Source: Pavona decussata
Taxonomy: Eukaryota
Reading direction: 5' to 3'
DNA: 64,000 nt
NCBI GenBank assembly: GCA_977016875.1
Contig: CDRNST010000002.1
Span: 558,001-622,000 of the forward strand
Both the position numbers and the translations under genes were made by a program. The notes beneath the pieces were generated by a model. It saw nothing but the letters and a program-made list of their open reading frames with translations, did not search any database and was not told where the DNA came from. Position 1 is the stretch's first letter, and each line of letters starts with the position of its first letter. Shown piece by piece: positions 1-13,100 of the stretch.

Positions 1-76
1 TCTTGTACTTCCTTGCCACTTAACGCGTTTCCACCTATGCTTACTTCGTAAGAACCGCCCTTTTAGCTAGTCTTAC

Positions 77-200
77 CTCTCAAGTAAGGCACCCATTTAA
101 AGAAGTAACCATTGAAGGAAGTATTGTCAAACTTTCTGCACTGCTCGGCTCTGGCCTGAATGGCAATTTTCCGAGTTATCTTAGGAGGCTGGTAACATTT
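77..200 (-). CDS. ADAMTS-like gene B exon, end of TSP1 and start of ADAMTS Cys-rich domain
   Basis: tttgcag|KC...[23 protein letters not shown], donor G|GTAAGA; matches the ADAMTS R..QC..F....F....Y.W.P pattern. Confidence 0.9.
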
Positions 201-3200
201 CTGCAAACAAATTGGAAGAACAACAAGACGTTAACGTTTTGAAGTTACAGCCCATTCCGTCTCCTCATTGACATTAAAGACTCTCTTTTAAGATATGGCA
301 GTTTAAAAATACCTTCAATGGGCTAGGCCTCTATTTAACCTTATGCGTGTTCGTTGGCATCCATCAGTAGCGGTAGACATGGGTCATTTGTATTTTCAGC
401 CGCGTAATGCTAAAATAGCTGTCATGCCCTCTTAATTAAAGCAACCAACTAACAAGGTCTAGACACCAGAAGGCCGGATTGAGTACTCCGCTCTACCTCG
501 ATAAGTTTACTAAGATTGCCTCATTTGGGACGTTTCCGCACAGATCAAGCTTCCCTCAGAATTACAGTTACCATTCCTACAAGTGGTATATTTTTCTGAA
601 CTTTCTAGCTATATGATTTATTGTTCACGTTACGCAACTGTACTCTTCTGACCCGTGACATTGATTATAAGATATGTAAATGCGACAGATCAGACATTCC
701 GCATTTAAGACTTCAGCAGAAAGTCGAAACTGTATAAAACCGTAGGTCTGCATGATGCCACAACTCCGGGATCACTATTGTTGCTATTTTAGTTTGCTAG
801 GAAAAGGATTGGGGAGCAAATTTATTTAAAGATATGTAAGAGAACGCTAGTATAGGCTTAATTTCTGCGATCAGCTTTTTCCAGAAAGGGACATTTATCG
901 GCCGAATTCAGTTAACCCTAATGTAAACTGAGTGATTTCTCACCGAAAAGCGGGCATGATGAGATACTGAAAAATATAACTACAAACAGCAAAAACCGCA
1001 ATGTTCTGACACGATAAGATAATGTAGGAAACAACCACGATAACATCGTGCTTAGGCAGTTGACTCTTTTAAAAAAACAGCATTAATGATTACGCTGTCG
1101 TGACTGTTGTGACGATATTAGAACAAAAGAGAAGGATTCACATTGCCAACTTTACAAGTTCGAAACGTTTCCTATACTGAGAACTTTTGGAGTCAAACCA
1201 TTGATTAGTTTACTTAAAGAACTTTTATCATCAGTTGGAGGTGGTTTACTTGTTTGAATGTTTAGACGAGCATTAATGATTAAATCATGAATGATTATAA
1301 TGCCTTAATCAGCTTAATCAAAGTCCACCTTTTGTGCCGTTGGGCAGGAAAAGATGGGCCCACAATACTTGACTTTAGTTTGATATAGAGCTATTTTTGA
1401 ATACATAGAAATGATGTTTAGTCATCCGTACATGATGTCTGCCTTGCGGCAAGGATGAATTTCACTGGACCAGCCATCCACGACGCAGTAAATGAAGTTG
1501 GCTCCGGCGCAAACGATTAGCAGAGACAAAGAAAAAATCAGCGAAGGAGTCGAAGTCCAAACACCAGCAATCCGATTGGGTTCTTCGCTGGTCATTTCTG
1601 GTAGAGCAATAAAATAACATATTTGTTCAAATTTCAAGAGTATTACAACCACTCCAAGCCGAAAAATTTAGGAGTATGTAAGTACAGTGGTGTAAGGAAA
1701 ATTAAGGCAAATTTCTGACCACAGGTTGTGACTAAGGTTGATATAATACTCTTCCAGATTTAAATTAGGGCCAAATATTTATTTGCTTGATGAAAAGAAA
1801 GCGGATGACTGCATGGTTACATAATAATTGAAATACACTTGGTGAAGAAGGAATCTTAACTATGGAATTGGTGCTCCACCCTTCTGAAACATAAATCGAA
1901 AGGTTTTCGTAACCACGAGATATAGCTGGTGCGACCGCTGTTGGCACCCGGCCCCTATTGCATTAGTGTAACCTTCGTGTTGTAGTTTGCTCTTGGGATG
2001 CGATTTACTGGCACGTGGCCGCTGCAATGGGAAATTTTCGTAAGAAAGTGAATGGATTGGCAGCCAGAACCAAAAACATGCCGGTCGCTGTGGAAAGTTT
2101 GGCTATAACTACAAGAAAAACGGAAGTCGTTTCTTGCAGGGAATATTCCTTATTATAAAGAACTGGATAACTGGATATTGCAATTCCAGAGTTTTGATTG
2201 GTAGGCGGCCATGATATATGATCCATTATACAATGTACCATGCCCCGATAACCAGTTGTAAGTGTATGCGTCATTGACGAAAGAAGATATCTGATGCACT
2301 AAATCAGCAAGATTTAGGGGTATTTAATTGTTCCACTTGCGCTTGTTGGATAAGAGATGATTATAGCAAACTCGGCGATGCGCGGCTCGTTGGCCATCTC
2401 GTATCAAACGCTCGCTCGTGGAGTAATTGTTAATTACGCTCTACATTGTGTACCTGCATATTACACGTGCTGTATTGGGTGGTAGTTCCGTGGCAGTTTC
2501 CTTTGTTGTGGTTTGTCTGTCTGTACACCTTCAGTACATAACTGGGTGGGTTGACATTTCTGTGTAACAAAAGCAAATCTGTCAAGCCGGCCGCATACTC
2601 TTGATTTTTAAAAAGTCTCCTTTTGGCTTAAATGCAAACGTCGATTGAGTTTACTTTAGAACTGAGGGTTTAAATCTCGAGCATTATTACTATTTTCTGA
2701 TCAGATACCAACCGAGAGGAAATCACACACTGTCTCGTTCTGATGGTTGTCCCGCCTCCACACGACTTGCTGCAGGGACCCCACTCGCTCCAGGATCCCC
2801 AGTGGTCTCTCTGTGGTTCAGACCACTAGAATGGGAAGAAAACACGTTTAAAAATATTTGTGCATGCAAAAATAACGACAAAAGTGTAGTATACGTGTAA
2901 CCTAAATGGGTATCTCATCGAAAGACTTAAGAAGCAAAAGGACAACGTGGAAGTTTTGTTCCCAGGCCGCGCTTTAAACTGCACGTTTGCAGTGGATTGG
3001 GAAACGAGTCGACGTCCTTTCCACAGTCAAGGAATAACAACCGCTCCTGCTTGGACGCATTCTTGACTCCAGAGCTCTTCCCTTTTGCGCAAAATTTGGT
3101 GTATGACGTATCAAAGCCAAGCGGCCCTGGGGTTGAGAATGGCTTGGACGTCACTGGCCAGAAAATTGTCACGGGAGTCAGTACGCAGGCGCAGCTCAGG

Positions 3201-5397
3201 AATACCATCGTTGCGCTGCTATCGATGACGACTGAGGCAGTGGCAGGGTTTCTCAGTTTTCGTCATCAACTTCAACATTTTTCTTGCTAAGTTGAAAACA
3301 TAAATTCGAAACGGTCGTTTGTCGCCATTTTTGTCGTAGTTCTTACATTCGTTTTAGGATAAAGTGATCCAATCCGTAAACCAGACCAAAGCTCAAATAT
3401 CTTTGGTGCAATCAAAATTACCTTCACTCGATAAAGAATAGCAATTTCTATCAACAGGAACAATATTCCTCTACTCTTATCTTGCAATCATTTTGCAGTT
3501 TTATCTCATGGACATGGGAGGCAGGCATTGTTACGTAAACCTAGGGGTAAACCACTCGCGTAGCGTTCGAATTTATGTTACTGTAATGTTATCTTGAAGA
3601 AAATGGATGAAGGAATATATTTTTGTGATGTCTACTTAAATGAGGCGATGGAAAACTTGAGTGAACAGCTTCAGTTCCCATGTCGTCCTAACAACAACAT
3701 CAATCCCAAAGGATCTGAGGATGTTGGCACAAACACTTGCCAGAACGGCAATCATATCAGTTAGCATTCTATCTCAGTTTACTCTAGTGCTGTCTGCATT
3801 TACTCAGGCAGCTGCGAGTTTGTAATATTCTGCTGACTGCTTTTAACATTTCACATAATTCAGGAGTCGTCGTTTTCGCCATCGCAAGAATGTAAATTTT
3901 CCATGCTGAAAAAATTGCTGCGGAAAAGTAATTAAAGAAAACTGACTGCTGAGAAAACGTGAACAGCACGAAATGAAAGTACGTCTCCGACAAATGCTTG
4001 TCCATTTGAAACTTTAAAAAGATTTATAGGACCTTTCAAGTCAAACAGTTTAACTCCAGGAACGAATTTTAAGACTGCCTGATCGCAAATGACACTACAC
4101 ATAAGAATGGAAAAACATGTGGCTTTGATGGGCAATGGGATGCACAAACGAAGAGGGATGTGATTTAGTTGAGGGAAAAACTGGTTAAAATGAGCAACAC
4201 AAAAGAATAACAAGGTATTGAGATAGAAATAAAGTTTTGCCATTAATTATGAGGTTATTTCTTTGTATCGGTTGAAGAGGAGGAGATTTTCAGAAGAGCT
4301 TTTGTATGTACACTCGGCTAACGAGCATGCAAGCTCTCTCGTGCACCAAGCCTACTGATTTGGACTGAGGTATGTAATGTCATGTGAAATTTTCTAACAC
4401 TTGATAAAATGCTCAGTGAGGTATGCCTAGATACCACCAATGTAAAATGCTATTGAGAATGACGCTTACCAACGTAGTCAAAATTAGGTTTTAGAGCTTC
4501 ACTTTTAATTCAGCTACGTAAAGGAAATAAGAAATTAACATAAAGGAAATTAGTTCTGACAGTTCTGTTTGCATCAAGTTTTGTTCAGTATTGGGTTAGA
4601 AATGTCATTTCATTAACCTCTTTTTTTTTTTCATTCCTGTCAAGCGTGGTTTCTTGCATGACTCAGGAAGCCTGAGTCAAAACTGAGTAGTCGGAATTCT
4701 CGTGATGACAAACTCTTCTCAACCTAACGTGCCGTAACGCTACAGTTTCGTCGTAATTCCACGACACGAGAGGATCAAATAGACGGTACTTACTATGGTC
4801 ACAGTCTAATATCGTAATCGTAAAGGATAATAAAAAAGTAATACTAATATAGCTATTATCTTGTCTATTATGTGAAGAACGTGATAGCAACTTACTCTAA
4901 TGAGCTATAAACTGCTCCCGGCGAGGGGGGAGATCTAATCGGAAGAATTTTAGACAGCTCTTGGCGGCTTTTCGTGAAGCCGGTCACTAATATAAAAAAA
5001 CGACATTGCGTTTTTAGCTGGTGTTTAGAGTTTTGGGCAAAGAAAATGTTTCTATTTACGAACTGACTAATCAACAGTTCACAGATCATTGCGTATATCA
5101 CTTCTGCCGTTTTCAATCCGAAGATTGTTTTCAGAAGTTTTGGGGTTTAGGCTCCGTCTGTTGCCGTTTTGATAAGGCATGTCCGCTAAAGTTCAAACCA
5201 GCTGAGCATGATGCTTGCCTACGTTCACTTAAACTCTGTTCAAGACTTAGTGATAACAACCGGTAATGTTATGTATTTCAGCAGTTTAAAAATATCCCTC
5301 TCACTCTTAAACATTGATTGGTACGTACCTGAAACGACTGCGAATAACATTGACAGGCCAGTACAAGTAGAGTGCCAAACAGAAGAAAAGTCAGCAT
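77..5397 (-). CDS. ADAMTS-like secreted matrix protein (ADAMTSL/papilin/THSD4 type), 5' part; gene runs off left edge
   Basis: Exons 5397-5329 ([23 protein letters not shown], signal peptide), 2825-~2713 ([33 protein letters not shown]), ~2520-2454 ([22 protein letters not shown]), 200-77 (KCYQPPK...[25 protein letters not shown]). GT-AG boundaries, frame-compatible. TSP1 is followed directly by the ADAMTS Cys-rich start with no metalloprotease domain. Confidence 0.9.
2454..2520 (-). CDS. ADAMTS-like gene B exon, TSP1 C-half
   Basis: [15 protein letters not shown]; donor CAG|GTACAC; acceptor at 2520 or 2528 (pairs with the donor ambiguity above). Confidence 0.85.
2713..2825 (-). CDS. ADAMTS-like gene B exon, TSP1 N-half
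   Basis: [25 protein letters not shown] motif; acceptor ttcccattctag; donor at 2713 or 2709 (ambiguous). Confidence 0.9.
5329..5397 (-). CDS. ADAMTS-like gene B, first coding exon (signal peptide)
   Basis: Acceptor ctgttag 5 nt before ATG; hydrophobic [19 protein letters not shown]; donor CAG|GTACGT in phase 0, matching the next exon. Confidence 0.85.
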
Positions 5398-8300
5398 CGC
5401 GTCTAACAGAAACAAAACGCATACATTACGAGAGAGAACAGTACAGTCCAGCACGTTAACTCTTGATCACATACATCTTACTCAGCTTAGCGACTTACAC
5501 GATTTTCGCTTCACGCTCTGTGACCTCGTCTCACAAATAAGCGGACGATTAATATGTAGAGTTAGTGATCTTTGGTCGATGTTTGTTCGCTAATGTAAAC
5601 TAATGAAAATCCCAGTGCCATAACCCCACGCCAAGATTTATACAATAGCTCTGAATGGACGAGTTACAAAGTTTGACAGGGTCGCTTATCAGAGGTTTAG
5701 CGGACCTCAAGGCGCTGTTTGTGTCAGGGAATCTCTGGCTGACAATATAATGATTACTGACTCTATTATTACGCTGTCGCGATCAAACAGGGCGCGAAAC
5801 AATAGGGAAATGATACACAAATCGCACTGGAGACTAAGTAAAGGGACTTCATGCATATTCACCGCTTGTCGGTTAGAAATGCAATCAAGCGTGAAACATG
5901 AATCAAGGCTCTTAGCACATGATTAGGAGCACTTTTATTGCGATATATTAACACTGAACGTGAAGGGTATCTTTATAAATAATTTATCCTGATAGGAGTT
6001 TAAAAAAAGCTATTTGAATTCCAAGCATTTCCATGACAGCAACGAATCATCTTAATAGGATTGCGACAAGTCTACACTGAACCACACAACCGACTGAACG
6101 TGCGGTAAATACGATAAGTTATCCATCAGTCATTTAACGCATTAACAAGACATTCAAGAGGTGCCAATCAATCTAAAAAAGGATATCAAAAGAGAGAGCG
6201 TTGAACGGTAAATACCAATTTTACAGCACTTGCTTTTATAATTACATATGGAGGCAACTTTACAATACTAATTTTACTCATTTTGAACTCTATTGCTGAC
6301 CTTCACAGCTTCAATTGACTTCATTTCTTGATAATGATGTTAGCTCTTACATCGAAACGGTTTAATTTTTGTATCAGTCTAGGCAAGCGCTTTTCTGAAT
6401 CAACGATGATTCGAACTTTTGCTGTATTCAGTAAAACTGCAATTATCACCCAAAGAGGAACACAAGGGACGTGACCTCGTCACTTATTGCGGTCGTGAGG
6501 CTATTTAAATGCTTTCATGCAGCCCTGCTGCGCACAGGTCCCCTTTGAAGTTTCATTGAAAACCAAAAGGAAATATTATAAATAGCAAAACAAGTCATAT
6601 TCGTTTGGTTATTTTGAACAAGGGTTTTGCTTCTGTTGCCATTATTACGAAACAAATTGACGGGTAGCTCAGTCAACGTTTCCTGAAAATATCACTTGAT
6701 GTGTTTTTGTTTGAACTGCAGTTTCCCTCCCGGAAATACTAAAAGAAACATCGTATTTGACCTACTTTCCATATAAAAGGGTTCATTTGCTTTGTTCGCA
6801 TTCCAAAAACTACATGGCTTTACAAAGTTAGATAGTAATAATCTTTACAAACGAAACTGCATGGTAGTTGAATTCAACAAAGTGACCTAACTTCTTGCGA
6901 TGTTTGCAAGTTTTCGCTGCCGCGCGGTTCTGATTCCCGCTCAAAAATAGCCCTGCCACTCAGTTCATTGCCAGAATATTCACGACATTATATTGTTCAG
7001 CGTTTATTAATAAGTGAATCAATCTCCCTTGCACATAGGTGTGAAAATTTACCCTTTCAATTCCACAGTCAGTGAAACTTCCTCTGGTGTAGTACTGTGC
7101 TGCCTTTTGAGTCCGTGCCGCATAAAAGTGTGAGCATCGAACTAAAAGCTTGTGAGCAGTATTTGTTGATCCTGTTTGTTTGGGGTTTTTTACGTATATT
7201 GTATGCAAAATTAATTTTCTATTTTTATTCGCTTTTATTTTGGTCGTTTTTGAGATGAAAGAGTTAATAATTGCCATGGATTCTTGGTTCCTTCTGAGTG
7301 TTACGCCGTAGGGCTTTCTGTGGTCTGACGCACCCAACTCCTTTTCTTTCACGCCAGTGTTGTAATGAATGACTACTTAAAGAGGAAGTGTGACAAGCAT
7401 TTCGGTCTTTGTTTGTGAAAATGGTGGAGCAATCCGTTCACTCAATAAGAAAATTCTAGAACACCAAGATAAAGAAAGCAACTGAAATTCTTGAATGAGG
7501 AGGAAAGCATGATCTAGTGCATTTTCAAAACCAAAATGTGAGAACTTGAAAATATTAGGTTAAGTTTTTCACATGTCAGAGTCTTCACATGAGTTATCAT
7601 TGCTGAGTAGCCAACAGTTCCATGTGAATAAACCAAATTAGTGCCGGTAGTCACGACTTTTTCTCTCCGCGGTTCCCAATAGCTGAAAATATATTTTCCT
7701 TTTTCTTTTTAACACACTGAAGACATCTGTAGAAAGAAGGTGTAAAAGAGGTAAAGAAAACTTTGACAAATGCTTTCAATAAATGGTTGTACATAGGCAA
7801 CACACTATTCCCTGAAATATCCATTCCTTTCAAGAACGACAGTGTATGTATTGAGTATACTGTGACTGGAAGATTTGATAGTCCTTTTTTAAATTGATTT
7901 GTAGTTCTAATCGGAATTTTGTGCCATGGCAGAAATTTAGGCTAAAATCAAAGTGGCCGGTTTAGCTTCATTCAACTCTGACGCGTCAGCAAGGATCACA
8001 AGCTGTATCCTAACGTTTATAGGTGAAAAATGCCATGGGAAAAAAGGTATGAGAATTTCACGTGAACTTTGCTTGTACTTTGAGCAAATTCCTTTGGATT
8101 CTGAATGGATTCTTAGGACCGGATTTTTTTTGGCTAAGTCTAAATGTGTAATATATGATTTTTTTGGCACTGTTTACAGTAGATCACCTTTAACCATACA
8201 GCCGGGTTAGCCACTGACGTTGAAGTCGGTTTAGCTAGGCCGCTGAGGGTTGCGAGGTCAATGGTTAAACCCCACCGGACTGAAACCCATTTAAATAACC

Positions 8301-8514
8301 GGCTCTTATATTTGAACCTCCATTTAAATGAAAGTTCATGAGCTTGGGGTTAATGCTGTCATTACGTGGAACTCTATCAAGTTGGTTCGTACACTTAAGT
8401 TCAAATCCTTATGTATAATCCGTTTGGATGAAACCTATTGAGCTGTATTTTCCAGAGCCGTCTGTCTACTCTAGGTTTTCATTCAGACGGGATGAATTGA
8501 AGTGAACTGTCATT

Positions 8515-8790
8515 GAAGTGTGACCATTCAAAATGAAAGCTTCTGAGAAGTACTTTCCTATCGCGCTGTTTATTTTATTGCACAGGGTGTTACTCAGCTT
8601 TTTGAAATCAAGGCGGAGAAAATCCTGAAGTGTGTCTGCTCAAACTGCTGAGAAGCAATTGAGAAGTACTTCACACTGGTGCTACTTCAGTTATGCTGTC
8701 AGACAAGGTAATTCTGGGTGTGAAATCTTTTAGTGTCAGATCATTCTAATCATGTCTAACGAAAACTACTGAGTAGTACTTTGCCGCGGT
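8515..8790. repeat. Degenerate ~100-bp tandem repeat; inverted single unit at ~35820-35910
   Basis: Recurring GTGTGACCATTCAAA..GAAAGC..CTGAG.AGTACTTT unit. Confidence 0.55.
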
Positions 8791-9993
8791 TGCTTAAGGT
8801 CTGACTCCTACCCAGTCGTCTCCCTCATCTTTAAATCGTGAGGCACTGGGTTTGATTGCGTCCGAGTCTCCTTCCTAGGGAAAGGACTAGGGACGAATGT
8901 GGTGACTATGCGGAAAAACTTCATTGCGACCGTTAAAGAAAGTTAACACTTCCACACTTGTGGAAATTTAAAAATAAAATTGACGCCTTCGTACCTAATC
9001 TTGAGGATTTTCAGGTAAGGCATTTGGTAAGTCTGATTTGCGTTAGTCGTGGCGTTGAATATTGCTTTGGAACGACTAAACGAAAAGCGTAATATAATAA
9101 TGGGAAAAGTTAAAAGCTGGGATCGAAGTCAGTGTCATACTTGAAAGTAAAGACGTAGCAATAAAGCAATCTGTTGCTCATTGCTCAGGAAGGACCGAAA
9201 TATCGAAAGGTCAGCGCTTCAATCGCTCACGAAAGCATCCAAGACAAGACAATCTGAATGTCGTGGGGGGGGGGCGGGGGGGTGGAATGGCGAATCACTA
9301 ATGTTAACACCGGAAAAAGTACTGCTCGCATGCTTCATTTGAAGGTTACACTTTGGGATTTCATCCATAAAATACAGGAAGCCTTGGAATCCAAATACAG
9401 GAAAATAGAATCAAAATACAGGAATCTTGTACAGCATATTAAACTAAGCGTTACCTCTAAATGGTATTGCTCAGAAGCTTTCATTTGCATTAAATCGGGG
9501 TCATACTGTAGCAATTGATCTTGCTCAAATTAACGTAATAAGTTACAGCTATATTACTTCGAGTATGAAAAGGTTAATTCATGTCAAAACATATTTGTCA
9601 AATCTAAATAAGCTTATCGCTACGCGAAAGGATGAATCACGTCAGTAAACTGGTCGTTTGTTTTACACAGGTTGAAACTAGCCTGGTATGACTTGCAAGT
9701 GTAACCCGGCCATTTTGTGGTTGTTAAAGTAGGCAGTCTTTCTCGACATTTAAACGACATTTTGCATGATCCATACGAGCGAAAATTACGATGGGCGCGA
9801 ATTCACCCATCTTGAACAAATATATGGCATGCGGCTGCTAAGAAAACCGGTGGATGAAATTGATCACGCAGGAATGATAATTGTCTTGGTACCCTCATCC
9901 AAACTGAAATGGGAAACCAGATCAGAAAAACAGACATCTGGTTTCAAAGTAAACCGGATAATCATCTCAGTTATACGTTATGATGGTTCAATT

Positions 9994-10187
9994 CTGACTC
10001 GTCCCCAGTCATCTCTCTTGGTCGAGAGGAGAGAGGTGCGCATAGGGAAAGATGGGAAGGAGGAAGAAGGGGGAGACGTCGTCTCTCTTTTCTCTCTTCC
10101 TTCTTCCCGTCGTCCCCTTCGTTGCGTTGCCGTCCTAGTCTCCTCTCGGCCGTGCGATATCATAAGAGACGACTGGGGACAAGTTAG
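9994..10187. mobile_element. MITE; related degenerate copy at ~8801-8900
   Basis: TIRs CTGACTCGTCCCCAGTCATCTCT / AGAGACGACTGGGGACAAGTTAG. Confidence 0.65.
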
Positions 10188-13100
10188 GGTTAAATGCTTG
10201 ATCGCGTCGATTCAGCGTCATACCCTCTCTCCCTCCCTACACAAGACAAGTATGTGCTCTCCCTCCCCTCCCCCCGGAATTTTCACTTTGTAAATGTCTG
10301 CCTTTGACAAGACATGACAGTTCTTAAATTATTGATTTGACATTTCCATTTATCCATCCTCATAATGCGCTTATAAAGTCGGTATTAGTCTCCAAAAAAA
10401 TCGAAAAGATTAAAGGTTCAGACGGTACGCTTAAATGAAAGCGTTGGAAAAAAATAGAGGACTAAAATAAACAAATTTCTGCAATGTTTTTCTTATCTTG
10501 CAGGAAGAAGCAGCAGATTGCTTTACGCATATTTGTTTGTTTTAGCATGAGCCCTGGCTAATTATTTAATGGATGGCGTAATTGCACATACATCCGTGAG
10601 TGCGGCAAAAAGTTTATCTCAATCACAGAGATAAGGGGTATTCATGCGAGCATCAGCCATGCTCAAAAGTAAACACTCATCGTCCAATCTTGTTAGCGGC
10701 TGAGGTGAAGTAGGGTCTTATATCATGTTACAATGTCGGACGACATATTTCAGCGTTGTATTCAACGAGGTATTTGCGCTAACAAGGTCCTAAAATAAAA
10801 TTTTGTCAGCTCTTTAGTCACGACGCATCAATCGGGCGAGACATCAAGTATTCGAATTACCCTGCACTGCTGCTAACTAGACAGAATGCTCTGTGAAGAG
10901 TTATAACGCGTAAGTGATGAATTATTTGGTAATGTACCCGTTACATTTCATGGTAAACTATTTCCCAAGGTCTCAAATTAAAACTCCTCAATATTTAGAA
11001 TAAGTTACTATTTAAACACTGAGACACTTATGAATTGAATCTCGTAAGCAAATTTGCTCGGTTGATGCGATTTGAGGGAGTTGTATAAAGGGATAAACAA
11101 TCTTCGAAAGCCGTGTGATTGTAATGCATATAAACAAGGTTGAATTAGCCAATGGTGTAGAGAAATTAGGAATACGAGATAATCAATTGTCCTTTGATCC
11201 AATGCACGAAAATAACCATTAACTGAATTTTCTTACCAATAATGTGCTGCTTCTTCCTTTGCACTGCCTCCTGGTAGGTGTTTCTAGTTTGACTAAATAC
11301 GTGAGGAGTAGAGTGCTTTGACCCTTGATAGCACACAGTCAAAATAAAATGAATTTAGCGTGATTAGTCCGCGAATATCTTTGGCACGATTCGGAGATCT
11401 TGTCTCGAGACAATTAACACATCTTTTGTGTCGGAACTTGGCTCATTTTTCAGCCTTTCAAGACCACACTCAATGAACCGAAATCATTTAACCATTTCAA
11501 CCAACAAAAAACACTACAAACTGTCCAAACATAACAAAAACCTCGTTCTCATTATCGCTCTTGGTTTCAATGCTGTATTTACTAAATAGGGCTAAATAAA
11601 TAAAGTTTGTTTGCCCCTTTGGGCGGGGCGCTGCTCTCGTGGGGTTGTTATCTATAAACCAAACTAGACAGCTGCTGTCAGGTACACATTCCAACAGAAA
11701 AATGAATACCTGTTTATTGAAGTCTTATCACTGTGTTATCAGAAGGCAGCTTTGATAACAAGTCAACCGATCTCCGACCAAGCAACAGATCACAAGAAAC
11801 TGTCCAGACTGTCAACCTTCTACCTTTGTAATAATTAATGAAAAGGCAGTGTAACAAAAAATTTGGGATTTTGGACCAAAAAGACCTGCACACTCTCTCG
11901 AATGTACTTCCCCTTGTAGCCGAGAAAGAGATCAGTTTCGCTCCGATAACCTCCACTGCTCATGATTAATCGGATTTTGGCTCGTTTTGAAGCTGCAACA
12001 TAACATTGTAATCAAACCGTCAAATCCAAAGATATGAAGAAACCTTCGTATTGGCCAAACAGTGAACCGGGTGACATAGCGTCACTGATATTATCGCTTT
12101 CATTGATCTGTGCTAAATTTAATTCTCGTTGAAGGCTTTTATTACGATATGTGTGTGCAGTTTTGATATAGAACTTTTGGATGTACCGTTGTAGTAAGAT
12201 TTCTGCAGTTACCCAGGTTTTTACACTTCATTTCGCGATGAAGCCTCTGCGATAGAAGTGAAAGTTCTGAATTTAAAACCTTTTTCTCCGAAGAAAAGAA
12301 TTGGCACACGTTAATTTACATTTCGGAGATAAGAATGGATATATTTTGCCGCTAAAATCTAGGTTTTTGTTTAAGCACAATTTAAGTTTTTCGACTAAGT
12401 AAGTAATTTTCCAATTGTTTTCAAAGGAGCCTTTTTTCAATTTTTTAAAAACTTACACATTAGCTCGATTTCACGACTACAAACTAACCCACAAATTAGC
12501 CGGCTGTTTCTCTTTTAATATTACGCCAACTTTTAAATTTGTTTTAGTTAAACTGTTTTGCCTGGTTTAAACACAAAGATTATAACAAATCATTGATAAC
12601 ACAGAAAATTCTAGAAATAAATAAAATTACAGATAACAACATCCAAAAGCTGAAAAGATGGAAGCCTGAAACACAAATCTTCCTCAAGCATGCGCGATGC
12701 AGCTTTTCCATTTCCCCAAGAAGGGGTTAGCAGGAACAGAAGTCGTGCTATTGATATCCGTATTAATAAGTATTTATGGCTTAGGTTAACAGCAACATGT
12801 CTTCGTGTTTTTTGGTGATAGCATTCTTGTTCTTATCTCTTTGAGAGAGGTCGGACTTAAGACGCAATTTCCTGTTCATATTCGCCCGGGTGTGACAGTA
12901 AAAGTAGTGGAGTTAGGATAATTTGCTTAGATGGCGTTCACCGATAGCGGAGCTAACTGACATACTCGTAATTGCATTACCTACTCGTAGAACGAAACTT
13001 TCAATGCCTGTACACATGTGATATAGAGAATATCGATAGAATACTTAATTCTCCATGTTTGCCGCTTGTTTGTGTTGATTGGTAGAAGATCTGCAACACT

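Noticed and set aside
1422-1652. Hydrophobic minus-strand ORF as an alternative membrane-anchor exon of gene B
   Set aside because: Its acceptor would need phase 1, but the upstream exon ends in phase 0, giving AAA TGA immediately
2927-4250. Coding-looking stretches in the first coding intron of gene B
   Set aside because: No frame gives a recognisable domain or consistent splice phase; possibly decayed transposon, but unsupported without a search
9766-10293. 175-aa ORF
   Set aside because: Runs through a MITE and low-complexity purine/pyrimidine tracts; no domain
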